Below, one piece after another: positions 1 to 7,674 of a DNA stretch of 27,264 nt. How positions within the stretch are numbered: the stretch's first letter is position 1; each line of letters starts with the position of its first letter. The notes under the pieces were generated by a model, which saw only the letters and a program-made list of their open reading frames with translations, was not told where the DNA came from and made no database searches. Origin of the DNA: a virus (lineage: Duplodnaviria; Caudoviricetes); IMG/VR virus record IMGVR_UViG_3300021121_000027, positions 1 through 27,264 of that record; one strand, written 5' to 3'. The position numbers were made by a program, and so were the translations under genes.

Positions 1-326
1 GACTTCTTTCCGTCATTAACAATATAGCCTTTCATTCTTATTACAACAGCATTATCATCCTTGTGGAATACGGACATATTGCTTTTTGTAAGCAATACAT
101 CCATATAAATAAGCTCCACAAATATCTGTTTTTTTGATGAAGGCGACAAATCAAGGCCTTTGTCCTGTGCGACCTCCTCTAGGATATTCTTTACCCCAAA
201 TTCTATCTTCCTATTGCCGGCAAGATTACCTACCTTAATGGAGTTCTTTACATCCATTATAGTTATATCTTGGGCTGATAATCCAACCGACAATATGATG
301 AAGATGAATAAAAATACCTTTTTCAT
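1..326 (-). CDS. Secreted/periplasmic hypothetical protein with N-terminal signal peptide (runs off the left edge; not in the ORF track)
   Basis: ATG at 326-324 overlaps the TAA of the upstream gene (TAATG). The frame is open to the edge: MKKVFLFIFIILSVGLSAQDITIMDVKNSIKVGNLAGNRKIEFGVKNILEEVAQDKG... Basic N-terminus, hydrophobic core and a LSA/Q cleavage-like site. Confidence 0.8.
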   Translation of the reverse strand, partial: MKKVFLFIFIILSVGLSAQDITIMDVKNSIKVGNLAGNRKIEFGVKNILEEVAQDKGLDLSPSSKKQIFVELIYMDVLLTKSNMSVFHKDDNAVVIRMKGYIVNDGKK

Positions 327-685
327 TATTCAGCAGGTGCTGTAGGAGTTGGAGCCCATGGGTTTGGATAAACCACAACTGGAGGTTTTATAATGTTTTG
401 TAATTGAGAGTCTAATCCTGCATCAATTGCCGCTACATCTAAACCTTCGTTTAACCAACCTTCAATTTGAGCTTGTGTTAAGTCAGGGTAGGAAGTGAAA
501 TCTTCTGGGCTAGGTTGACTACAACCCATTTGACCATAGTTCTCTACGCTATATTCTTTTTCATCTACTATTGTTGTAACTTTTCTGCGCCAATTAACTG
601 ATACTACAACATTTGTAAGGCCATCCTGAGAGGGAGCTGTATTTAAACATCCATCTGGTAAAATCCACGAGTAAGTGTTTGCCAT
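326..685 (-). CDS. Small acidic tail-fibre-associated phage protein (possible fibre assembly/accessory protein)
   Basis: 119-aa ORF with A-rich leader; motifs Y-x-W, DGLTNVVVSVNW, FTSYPDLTQAQIEGWL and a terminal P-W, a pattern I recognise from small proteins next to S74 tail fibres in aquatic phages. Confidence 0.65.
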   Translation of the reverse strand: MANTYSWILPDGCLNTAPSQDGLTNVVVSVNWRRKVTTIVDEKEYSVENYGQMGCSQPSPEDFTSYPDLTQAQIEGWLNEGLDVAAIDAGLDSQLQNIIKPPVVVYPNPWAPTPTAPAE

Positions 686-697
686 TTTTATTTTATT

Positions 698-1402
698 TTA
701 TTGATTATAATATTCCCATTTAAACCCATAAGATTGTTTATACTTGCCATTACAACATCTATAAATATTTGATTGATTGAAATTCAATTGTTTTTCTACT
801 TGACAAACAGATTCCCATTTTTTTATAAAAATACCATTTAAATCATATTGAATTACTGGTTTTTTTATTTTTGAATCAGATATTTTCTTTTTTGTTAAAT
901 CTGAAAGTTTTTTTCCTTTAGATTTTAAACCCAAATTCCTAACATGCGTCATCGCCTTTTCGCTTTTTTTAAATCCTTCTGTTAACTTAGTCCTAAATTC
1001 AAGATTTTTATTTCTTTTAATCATTCTTTCAGCCATTTTCTTTCTATCTTCTTCAGTAAAAATTCTTCTCCTATTAGCTTCAGCTATTTTTTCTCTATGC
1101 TCTTTTGATATAACTACATTTATAGCTCCATCTCCACCATCGGTCATATTTGCTAAACAACCAGTTTTTATGTCTTTTCTACCATATAATGCTATAAACT
1201 CCTTCTCTTTTTCACAAGCCTCTTCCCATGTTAAATTATCCATTAATATTTCTACCTCATATCCGCTTTTAGCTGCAATTCTTTGCCATAATTCGCTTCT
1301 ATTTTTATGTCTATAAGCCCTATTATAATATTCGCTAGTTCCTATGCCAATATAGAATGGTTCGTTTTTATCAAGTCTAATATGTCTATAAACGTATGCC
1401 AT
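698..1402 (-). CDS. Free-standing GIY-YIG-family homing endonuclease with NUMOD3-like and NUMOD1 DNA-binding regions
   Basis: N-terminal YVY-x11-YIG, downstream Arg, Glu helix (EEACEKEKEFI) and LANMTDGGDG; basic central repeats (SKEHREKIAE, LSDLTKKKISDS); C-terminal KPVIQYDLNG...IYRCCNGKYKQSYGFKWEY typical of NUMOD1. Confidence 0.88.
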   Translation of the reverse strand: MAYVYRHIRLDKNEPFYIGIGTSEYYNRAYRHKNRSELWQRIAAKSGYEVEILMDNLTWEEACEKEKEFIALYGRKDIKTGCLANMTDGGDGAINVVISKEHREKIAEANRRRIFTEEDRKKMAERMIKRNKNLEFRTKLTEGFKKSEKAMTHVRNLGLKSKGKKLSDLTKKKISDSKIKKPVIQYDLNGIFIKKWESVCQVEKQLNFNQSNIYRCCNGKYKQSYGFKWEYYNQ

Positions 1403-1411
1403 TATTCAAAA

Positions 1412-1453
1412 TTAGCACATTTGGTTAATTACCCATTGATAAGTTGTTGCCAT
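1412..1453 (-). pseudogene. Truncated 5' remnant (MATTYQWVINQMC*) of the gene now at 326..685
   Basis: ATG 4 nt after the tail-fibre stop; the 13-codon peptide aligns with MANTYSWILPDGC of ORF 326..685. Confidence 0.7.
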
Positions 1454-1457
1454 TTTT

Positions 1458-4400
1458 TTATTTATTTATAAGTGATTTTAATTCTTCTATTTGTGCTTGT
1501 TGTTCTTCGATTCTTGCCATTGCTTCTTGTAATACTTTTATAGTAGCGTGGTATAAATCAGTAGTATAAACTGTTTTATATGGAATTCCATCTTTAGGTG
1601 TTTCTCCAAATCCTTCAACATTTATAAATTCAGGAGCCACATTTTCTACTTGTTGAGCAATAACTCCAATATTATATTCTTCATTTGATTGATTATTATA
1701 TTTAAATTTAACAATCTCAATAGCTTTAAATTTATTCCAATAAGAATCTAAAGGTGTAATATCTTTTTTAGTTCTTTTATCTGATAAATTAACATTGTTT
1801 GATTGATAATTTGCTAATCCACCATTTGTTAAAATATATGCTTTTACGCCAGCACCAGATTCACATCTTAAAAACGCCTCTGTGTTTGTAGATGATGTAC
1901 TATTAGGAAAATATAAATATAAACCATTACCTGCTCCTGAAGTAATGTTTTTAACCATAGCAACATAATTGCTGGTGCTTCCATCTACTTCAAATTGATA
2001 ACTTGGTGAACTTGTTCCAATTCCAACAAATCCCCCACTTGTAATACGCATTCTTTCGGTAGAACCTGTTCTAAATATTTGTGAGCCTGATGCTCCACTT
2101 GTATAGTAGTTATCATAGTTACCACCATAGCCTAAAAGAAAATCAGAACTTGCAAAGTTAACGTGGAATACTGCAGCAGGACTTGAAGTTCCAATACCTA
2201 CATTGCCATTTGAAAGTATTCTCATTTTATCCGAACCGCCTACTGAAAAGTTTAAATCGGTGCTTGTAGCAGTAACAATATTTACCAATCCGCTTGATGC
2301 TTGTATATAACCATATCTTGTTGTATTCGCACTATCCCACCAAGAAATATAAGGATTTGAACCATACATTCTAATAACTTCTCCACCACCACTAAATACG
2401 CCGTTTGTTGCCGTCACACTACTTGAGAATGTAGCTGCTCCTGTGGAAGCTAAGGTTAAAGCCGTAGAAGCATTAGGCTGAAATACCATATTGCCACCAT
2501 TACTTTGTAAATATGTATTATCAGCGTTTATCGCCCTTAATGATAAAGTTCTATTACCTGCTGTTAAGTTTAAGTATTGTCTACTATTTGCATCGGTTGA
2601 ATCACTATTTGAATATGTACTTGTTGAAGTAGCATTCTGATTATGTTGAACTGTTAAATCACTTGTAAATCTTCCTGTACCTGTAACATCTAAGTTATAG
2701 GTATTATTAGTATTACCTATTGATACATATCCTGTGCTTCCATTAATTCTCATTCTTTCAGTAGCTCCTGCTCCAAATAAGAAGTTTCCTGTTACAGAGG
2801 TTGTGTTATTTGAAAGAACCATGTCACCTGCTATAGAGCCTGTGATAAAGTTATTACTTGCAGTAGCAAGACCAATAACCATTGTATATGTTGGAGATGT
2901 GATTGTATCAGCTAATCTTAATGATGGTGCCGTACCTATAGCCTGAATATGATTATCAGAGCTAGAAGAGTAAACCATAAATTTACCACTACCTGCAGTT
3001 GTAGTTCCAATTAAAACAGCCGAGCCATTATCATAAACTAAACTACTTCCTATTGTGGATGTTCCTGTAAACTTAGATAGATAATTTGTTGTACCTGTTC
3101 CTGTTACTGGATTAGTTAAAGCCGCCTGCTTGTTATTAAAGGTATTCCAATCTGTACTTGATAAATAACCATTCGTTGAGGTCGTAGCTTGAGTTATACT
3201 AAACGCTCCTGTTGTGTTATTGTAAGACAAAGGAGAGGTAGCTGATAATGCAGTAAGAGCAATATAAGCATTAGGATTAGAAGCTAAATAATATGTACTA
3301 TTATCATAAGTGATTGTTGTTCCGCTTGCTTTTACAAATCCTGTTCCGTTTAATTGTGGTTGACCACCCAATCCCGCTAAAGTGTAAGTTGGAATGTTTA
3401 AGGCACCCGTACTTTGATTGAATGTAGCTGAACCTGAATTTCCCGTAGTCGTTAAACCTACTAAGTTTTGCTTAGAATTGAATGTAATCCAATCTCCGCT
3501 TGAAAGATATCCGTTAGAAGTTGAAGTAGATTGAGTAATACCGATTACACCCGTTGATGAGTTGTAAGTTATTGGAGCAGAGCTTGAAATCGCTGCTCTT
3601 GCCATTGCATCGGTGTATTGAGTAATTGTAGAACTTATCACTCCCGTAGCTCCATTATAGCTAATTCCTGTTCCACCACTTAAAGATGTTAAAGTGATGT
3701 AATTATTAGGATTTGAAGCCAAATAATATGTTGAGTTATCGTACGAAATAGTTGTACCGATTATTTTTACAAAACCCGTTCCATTTAAAGCAGCTTGTTT
3801 TGAATTAAAAGTTGCCCAATCGGTGCTTGATAAATATCCGTTTGTTGTATTGTTCGCTTGAGATATACTAAAAACGCCCGTAGTATTATTGTAAGATAAA
3901 GGACTTGATGCCGATAAAGCAGTTAAAGCAATATAATTGTTTGGATTAGAAGCTAAGTAATAAGTACTATTATCGTAGCTAATTGTTGTTCCGGAAATCT
4001 TAACAAACCCCGTACCATTTAATTGAGGTTGTGCTCCTAAATTAGTCAAAGCACCTCCCGCAGTTGTCGCTCCCGTTCCACCTTGAGAAATTTGTATCGT
4101 TCCAACAATACTTGCAGCCGTTGAATAAGCATTAGATTGATTAATATAAATTGACCCATTAGGACTATTTGAATAAGAAACCACACCAACACGAACCGCA
4201 TATCCCGTTGGAGGAACTGTACTCATTAATTGACCCGCAGAATAAGGACTTAAATATAAAACTGTTCCAACTGTGTATGAGCCTGTGCTTATGTTACTTA
4301 CCAACCCTGAAAGTACAATATAACCCGCCGTTGAAGTTGGGATATCTTGATTTGCAACTCCAATTACGTTAGCAGTCGTTAAAGTATCTGCTTTTGCCAA

Positions 4401-6041
4401 AGCCACTAATGGATAAGTGAAACCGCTATTAGTTGAAGTAATATAAACAGGCGCACCTTTAACAATTGTTGAACCTGTGTTATTGTAAACTTTTAATTGA
4501 ACCTCTTGCCCAATGTGTAAAATGTTGTTTGTTACATCATTGTAATATGCTAAAGCCTTTTGAGTTGAATCGTACCATACTTCCCCTTCCGAATAAGAAG
4601 GTGCTGATATGCTTGAAAATTGTAAAGCATTTAAACTTAAATTGTAAGAGCCTAAATTAACATTACCTGTTGCTCCTGTATATGGAACATAACCGCTTAG
4701 TGCTGACCCATAATTAGGAATATTTAATGTTCCTCCTGAGTATGTAGCAGCACCTGAACTACCTGTTGTAGTCAAGGTAATTGCATTCTGCGCTCTTGTA
4801 TTTGTAAAGTATAAGTTAGTTCCCTCTGTTAAATTTGTTGTAGTCTTAGCAGAAAATGCACTATCAAAACGAGATTGCGTATAGTATAAATTTGTTCCCT
4901 CTGTAACTAATGTCGTTGTATAATCTCCTGACTGAGCAGTCACCGCACCAACTCTTCCAAATACACTTAAAACCTCATTAGGTATACCATCAATCTTATC
5001 CCAAACAGTTCCATTAAATACTAATTGGTCTCCAACATTCCATTGGGTTACACCATCAATATTTGTTGAACCTGCAACAGCAACCTTATACATATAACCC
5101 TTAGTACCTACACCTGAGGTAAGTGTTGGGGTATTTGTAGAGGCATTCCATGTTCCTTGATAAATAATAGCACCTGTTAATAATCCTACATTACCATTTA
5201 ATTTTTGAATAGCTGATAATATAGAGTCAGATGAGGTTATTGTTCCAGAGCCACTTGTATAACCTGTTAAGGTAGAGCCTATCGCGCGCGCGTTTGTAAA
5301 ATATAAATTAGTACCCTCAGTTACCTGAGTAGTAGTGTAGTCTCCTGATTGTGCTGTGATTGCACCTGTCCTTCCAAAAACAGAGGTTACAGGGAAACTT
5401 ATAGTCCATGTTCTATCAGCTGATAAATCATAGGTTACCCCATTAATTGTTAATTGTCTTGTATTAGGAACTGGCGTATAACCTAAGGCATTTTGCTTAG
5501 CATTAAATGTGTTCCAATCTGTAGAACTCAAATAACCGTTAGAGGTTGTACCTGACTGACTTATTGTAAAAGCACCTGTGGTATTGTTATAACTTAAGGG
5601 AGCTGATGCACTTAAGGCATTTAATGGGATATAGTTATTTGGGTTTGATGCCAAATAGTAAGTAGAGTTGTCATAAGAAATAGTAGTACCCGAAATCTTA
5701 ACAAATCCTGTTCCGTTTAAGGCAGATTGTTTAGCATTAAAGGTAGACCAATCTGTTGAGCTTAAATAACCATTAGTTGTACTATTAGCCTGTGTAACAG
5801 ATACCACCCCACTAGAAACACTAATAGGGGCTGACCCACTAATGGCAGCTTGGGCACGAGCAGTAGTAAAATATAAATTAGAACCCTCTGGAACAATAGA
5901 GGTTGTTAAAACCTGCAATGAGCCTGTGCCATCTATAATTTGATTTGTATATCCTACTATAGAGGTTACTAAACCATTTGTAGCCTTTAAAACTCCATTA
6001 TCACTTCTTAGCGTGAAATCATGTTCAACATTTAATTGCAT
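1458..6041 (-). CDS. Long tail fibre/receptor-binding protein with C-terminal intramolecular chaperone (peptidase S74-like)
   Basis: 1527 aa, rich in T/S/G/N, with several internal repeat families and MRI-x3/4-G-x-V-x-IG repeats; SDKRTKKDI autocleavage motif followed by IGVIAQQVE and a terminal coiled coil. Confidence 0.9.
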   Translation of the reverse strand: MQLNVEHDFTLRSDNGVLKATNGLVTSIVGYTNQIIDGTGSLQVLTTSIVPEGSNLYFTTARAQAAISGSAPISVSSGVVSVTQANSTTNGYLSSTDWSTFNAKQSALNGTGFVKISGTTISYDNSTYYLASNPNNYIPLNALSASAPLSYNNTTGAFTISQSGTTSNGYLSSTDWNTFNAKQNALGYTPVPNTRQLTINGVTYDLSADRTWTISFPVTSVFGRTGAITAQSGDYTTTQVTEGTNLYFTNARAIGSTLTGYTSGSGTITSSDSILSAIQKLNGNVGLLTGAIIYQGTWNASTNTPTLTSGVGTKGYMYKVAVAGSTNIDGVTQWNVGDQLVFNGTVWDKIDGIPNEVLSVFGRVGAVTAQSGDYTTTLVTEGTNLYYTQSRFDSAFSAKTTTNLTEGTNLYFTNTRAQNAITLTTTGSSGAATYSGGTLNIPNYGSALSGYVPYTGATGNVNLGSYNLSLNALQFSSISAPSYSEGEVWYDSTQKALAYYNDVTNNILHIGQEVQLKVYNNTGSTIVKGAPVYITSTNSGFTYPLVALAKADTLTTANVIGVANQDIPTSTAGYIVLSGLVSNISTGSYTVGTVLYLSPYSAGQLMSTVPPTGYAVRVGVVSYSNSPNGSIYINQSNAYSTAASIVGTIQISQGGTGATTAGGALTNLGAQPQLNGTGFVKISGTTISYDNSTYYLASNPNNYIALTALSASSPLSYNNTTGVFSISQANNTTNGYLSSTDWATFNSKQAALNGTGFVKIIGTTISYDNSTYYLASNPNNYITLTSLSGGTGISYNGATGVISSTITQYTDAMARAAISSSAPITYNSSTGVIGITQSTSTSNGYLSSGDWITFNSKQNLVGLTTTGNSGSATFNQSTGALNIPTYTLAGLGGQPQLNGTGFVKASGTTITYDNSTYYLASNPNAYIALTALSATSPLSYNNTTGAFSITQATTSTNGYLSSTDWNTFNNKQAALTNPVTGTGTTNYLSKFTGTSTIGSSLVYDNGSAVLIGTTTAGSGKFMVYSSSSDNHIQAIGTAPSLRLADTITSPTYTMVIGLATASNNFITGSIAGDMVLSNNTTSVTGNFLFGAGATERMRINGSTGYVSIGNTNNTYNLDVTGTGRFTSDLTVQHNQNATSTSTYSNSDSTDANSRQYLNLTAGNRTLSLRAINADNTYLQSNGGNMVFQPNASTALTLASTGAATFSSSVTATNGVFSGGGEVIRMYGSNPYISWWDSANTTRYGYIQASSGLVNIVTATSTDLNFSVGGSDKMRILSNGNVGIGTSSPAAVFHVNFASSDFLLGYGGNYDNYYTSGASGSQIFRTGSTERMRITSGGFVGIGTSSPSYQFEVDGSTSNYVAMVKNITSGAGNGLYLYFPNSTSSTNTEAFLRCESGAGVKAYILTNGGLANYQSNNVNLSDKRTKKDITPLDSYWNKFKAIEIVKFKYNNQSNEEYNIGVIAQQVENVAPEFINVEGFGETPKDGIPYKTVYTTDLYHATIKVLQEAMARIEEQQAQIEELKSLINK
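3110..5900 (-). repeat. Internal protein-level repeats of the tail fibre
   Basis: Five copies of NGYLSSxDWxTFNxKQ, four of NGTGFVKxxGTTIxYDNSTYYLASNPNxYI, four of EGxNLY(F/Y)T and two of SVFGRxGAxTAQSGDYTT. Boundaries approximate. Confidence 0.9.
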
Positions 6042-6049
6042 AATAATCT

Positions 6050-6646
6050 TTAGTTAAATAAAGCAACAATATTAACCCCTGCACCTAAGGCGCTTCCGAA
6101 TGTTATTTGTCCTCCTGTGGTATTCCATAATACTTGGTCAGCTGTTGGCGTACCACTTGTTATAATCTGATTTACAGTAACACCACCTCGTGAAATGTAA
6201 ACCAATGACTTACCAACCATATCAGAATAGGTAATTGAGGTCTCTCCACCGGTAGCTGTATATGATTTATTAGTAATTGTTATTGAATAAACAACATTAG
6301 TAATAACCGATGAGGTTGGCTGACCTGTAATAATACCACCTGTGCTTCCTGAAACAACAGCAGCATTTTGTACCCAATGACCTATATAACCATACAAAAA
6401 GTTAATCAATCTGTCATAGGTAGGATTACCTGCATACCCAGGAACATATGCCTGAATAGCTGTATTCAAACTGTTGTAATAAGGTTGAAAATACCTTAAC
6501 ACATCAGTCATAATATAAATCAACTCTAACCTATCCGTTTCATCTACCCAATTATAATACTTCTCTATCTCATACTCATCAGCTCCTAGGAACAATGAAA
6601 TATCAGAGTATTGAAGTATGGAGGTTATTTGGTCGTTACTATGCAT
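6050..6646 (-). CDS. Hypothetical virion protein (helical N-terminus, beta-rich C-terminus; possible fibre attachment protein)
   Basis: 198-aa ORF coupled by TAATG to the upstream gene and directly before the tail fibre; C-terminal YTATGGET...ITFGSALGAG...ALFN resembles beta-sandwich modules of fibre-associated proteins. Confidence 0.6.
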   Translation of the reverse strand: MHSNDQITSILQYSDISLFLGADEYEIEKYYNWVDETDRLELIYIMTDVLRYFQPYYNSLNTAIQAYVPGYAGNPTYDRLINFLYGYIGHWVQNAAVVSGSTGGIITGQPTSSVITNVVYSITITNKSYTATGGETSITYSDMVGKSLVYISRGGVTVNQIITSGTPTADQVLWNTTGGQITFGSALGAGVNIVALFN

Positions 6647-7188
6647 TAGAATCTAATACTTGATTGTGAGATAATAGTAGCTGCTCTTGATAAGGCTGCC
6701 TGAGAAGAGAATTGGTCTCCATATGTACCGGCATTAACTGCCGTAACCTTTTCTCTTTGTAGCTGAACTAAACTATCCTTAAAAACAGGGTCAGATAATC
6801 TTATAGGATTGCTAGCTAAAATCTGCGCAGCATTATAAATAGCCTGATTTGTAAAACCAACCATGGTAACCACATTGGTAGAGGTATATACCGAACCTGA
6901 AATAGGAGTTGTCTTATTTAAACTTAACTGAACACTTAGAGACAAATCAGCACTAAAACTTGTGATAGTAATAGTGTCACCACCTGCAAAAGGAAAGTCC
7001 ACATAACCAGAGGTATTGCCGGCAGGGTAAACCAATGGCGTACCATCTACATAATAAATATATAATCTTCTCCAGTTAAAACCACTTTTAGGCTCACTAG
7101 AAGCGGTATAGTTAGATGTATCTGTAATCGTTAAGGATGTTCCATTAGCTGATTGCTGTACAGTATATGAAGCTACAAAAGTACCCAT
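6646..7188 (-). CDS. Hypothetical virion protein (beta-rich N-terminus, helical C-terminus)
   Basis: 180-aa ORF with its own promoter box; first gene of the tail-fibre unit. Function inferred from position only. Confidence 0.55.
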   Translation of the reverse strand: MGTFVASYTVQQSANGTSLTITDTSNYTASSEPKSGFNWRRLYIYYVDGTPLVYPAGNTSGYVDFPFAGGDTITITSFSADLSLSVQLSLNKTTPISGSVYTSTNVVTMVGFTNQAIYNAAQILASNPIRLSDPVFKDSLVQLQREKVTAVNAGTYGDQFSSQAALSRAATIISQSSIRF

Positions 7189-7220
7189 AGAAATATTTTG
7201 TACAAATATAACAAAAAATG
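7189..7220 (-). promoter_or_regulatory. Bacteroidota-type promoter (-7 box TATATTTG) for the tail-fibre unit
   Basis: Minus strand reads CATTTTTTGTTATATTTGTACAAAATATTTCT-ATG; matches TAnnTTTG and is nearly identical to 22474-22504. Confidence 0.75.
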
Positions 7221-7640
7221 CGGACTATAACTTACCACCAGATTAATAGATTGGAGAAAGAAGGTAAGTAAAATGCAAGTTATACCCCCTCCCCCTGATA
7301 GAGATATAACCTGCTATTCTTACCACCGAGTTAATGAGTTGTCGTTAAGTGAGGCTGAATGGTTACCACAAGTTTAGAAAGAATACCATTCATTTAAAAG
7401 AGTAATTCGTAGTAACGGAATCTTTGCTTATCAGCTCAGGCGTTATCTACTAAACTCCTTTGCTCGGAACTATGAGAGGAATGCTTCTGCATCCTTCATA
7501 TCCGATAAATAAAAAACCCACCAAGTAAGAGTTGATGGGTTGATTAAAACGCTTCCATTGGAAGCAGAACAATAATACTGAGACTATTGCGGGGATTATT
7601 CAACCCGATAACGTACTCTTACTACCTTATCGGATTTACA
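7220..7640 (-). ncRNA. Putative large structured non-coding RNA or cis-regulatory RNA, family not recognised
   Basis: Lies in a 486-bp gap with no long ORF in an otherwise gapless module; at least eight hairpins/nested helices; stem mismatches are G-U wobbles on the minus strand; promoter-like signal immediately upstream. Confidence 0.65.
7507..7541 (-). terminator. Intrinsic terminator/attenuator-like hairpin inside the structured element
   Basis: Minus strand AACCCATCAA-CTCTTAC-TTGGTGGGTT-TTTTATTT: 10-bp stem with one G-U pair and a U-tract. Confidence 0.6.
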
Positions 7641-7643
7641 GCG

Positions 7644-7674
7644 TAAAGATACAAACTTATTTTAATCCACCAAA
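7644..7674 (-). promoter_or_regulatory. Probable promoter for the non-coding element
   Basis: TTTG (7674-7671) - 19 nt - TATCTTTA (7651-7644), one mismatch from TTTG-N19-TAnnTTTG; an adjacent exact TAAGTTTG lies at 7659-7652. Confidence 0.55.

Noticed and set aside
1458-3000. Diversity-generating retroelement target in the tail fibre
   Set aside because: No reverse transcriptase and no template/variable repeat pair differing at adenines in this window; the C-terminus is an S74 chaperone.
5283-5292. CGCGCGCGCG run in AT-rich DNA
   Set aside because: Single short occurrence explained by Asn-Ala-Arg-Ala codons.
7220-7640. tRNA, tmRNA or group I/II intron identity for the structured element
   Set aside because: No cloverleaf or T-loop motif, no tag-peptide frame, no intron core motifs recognised, and the flanking genes are intact.
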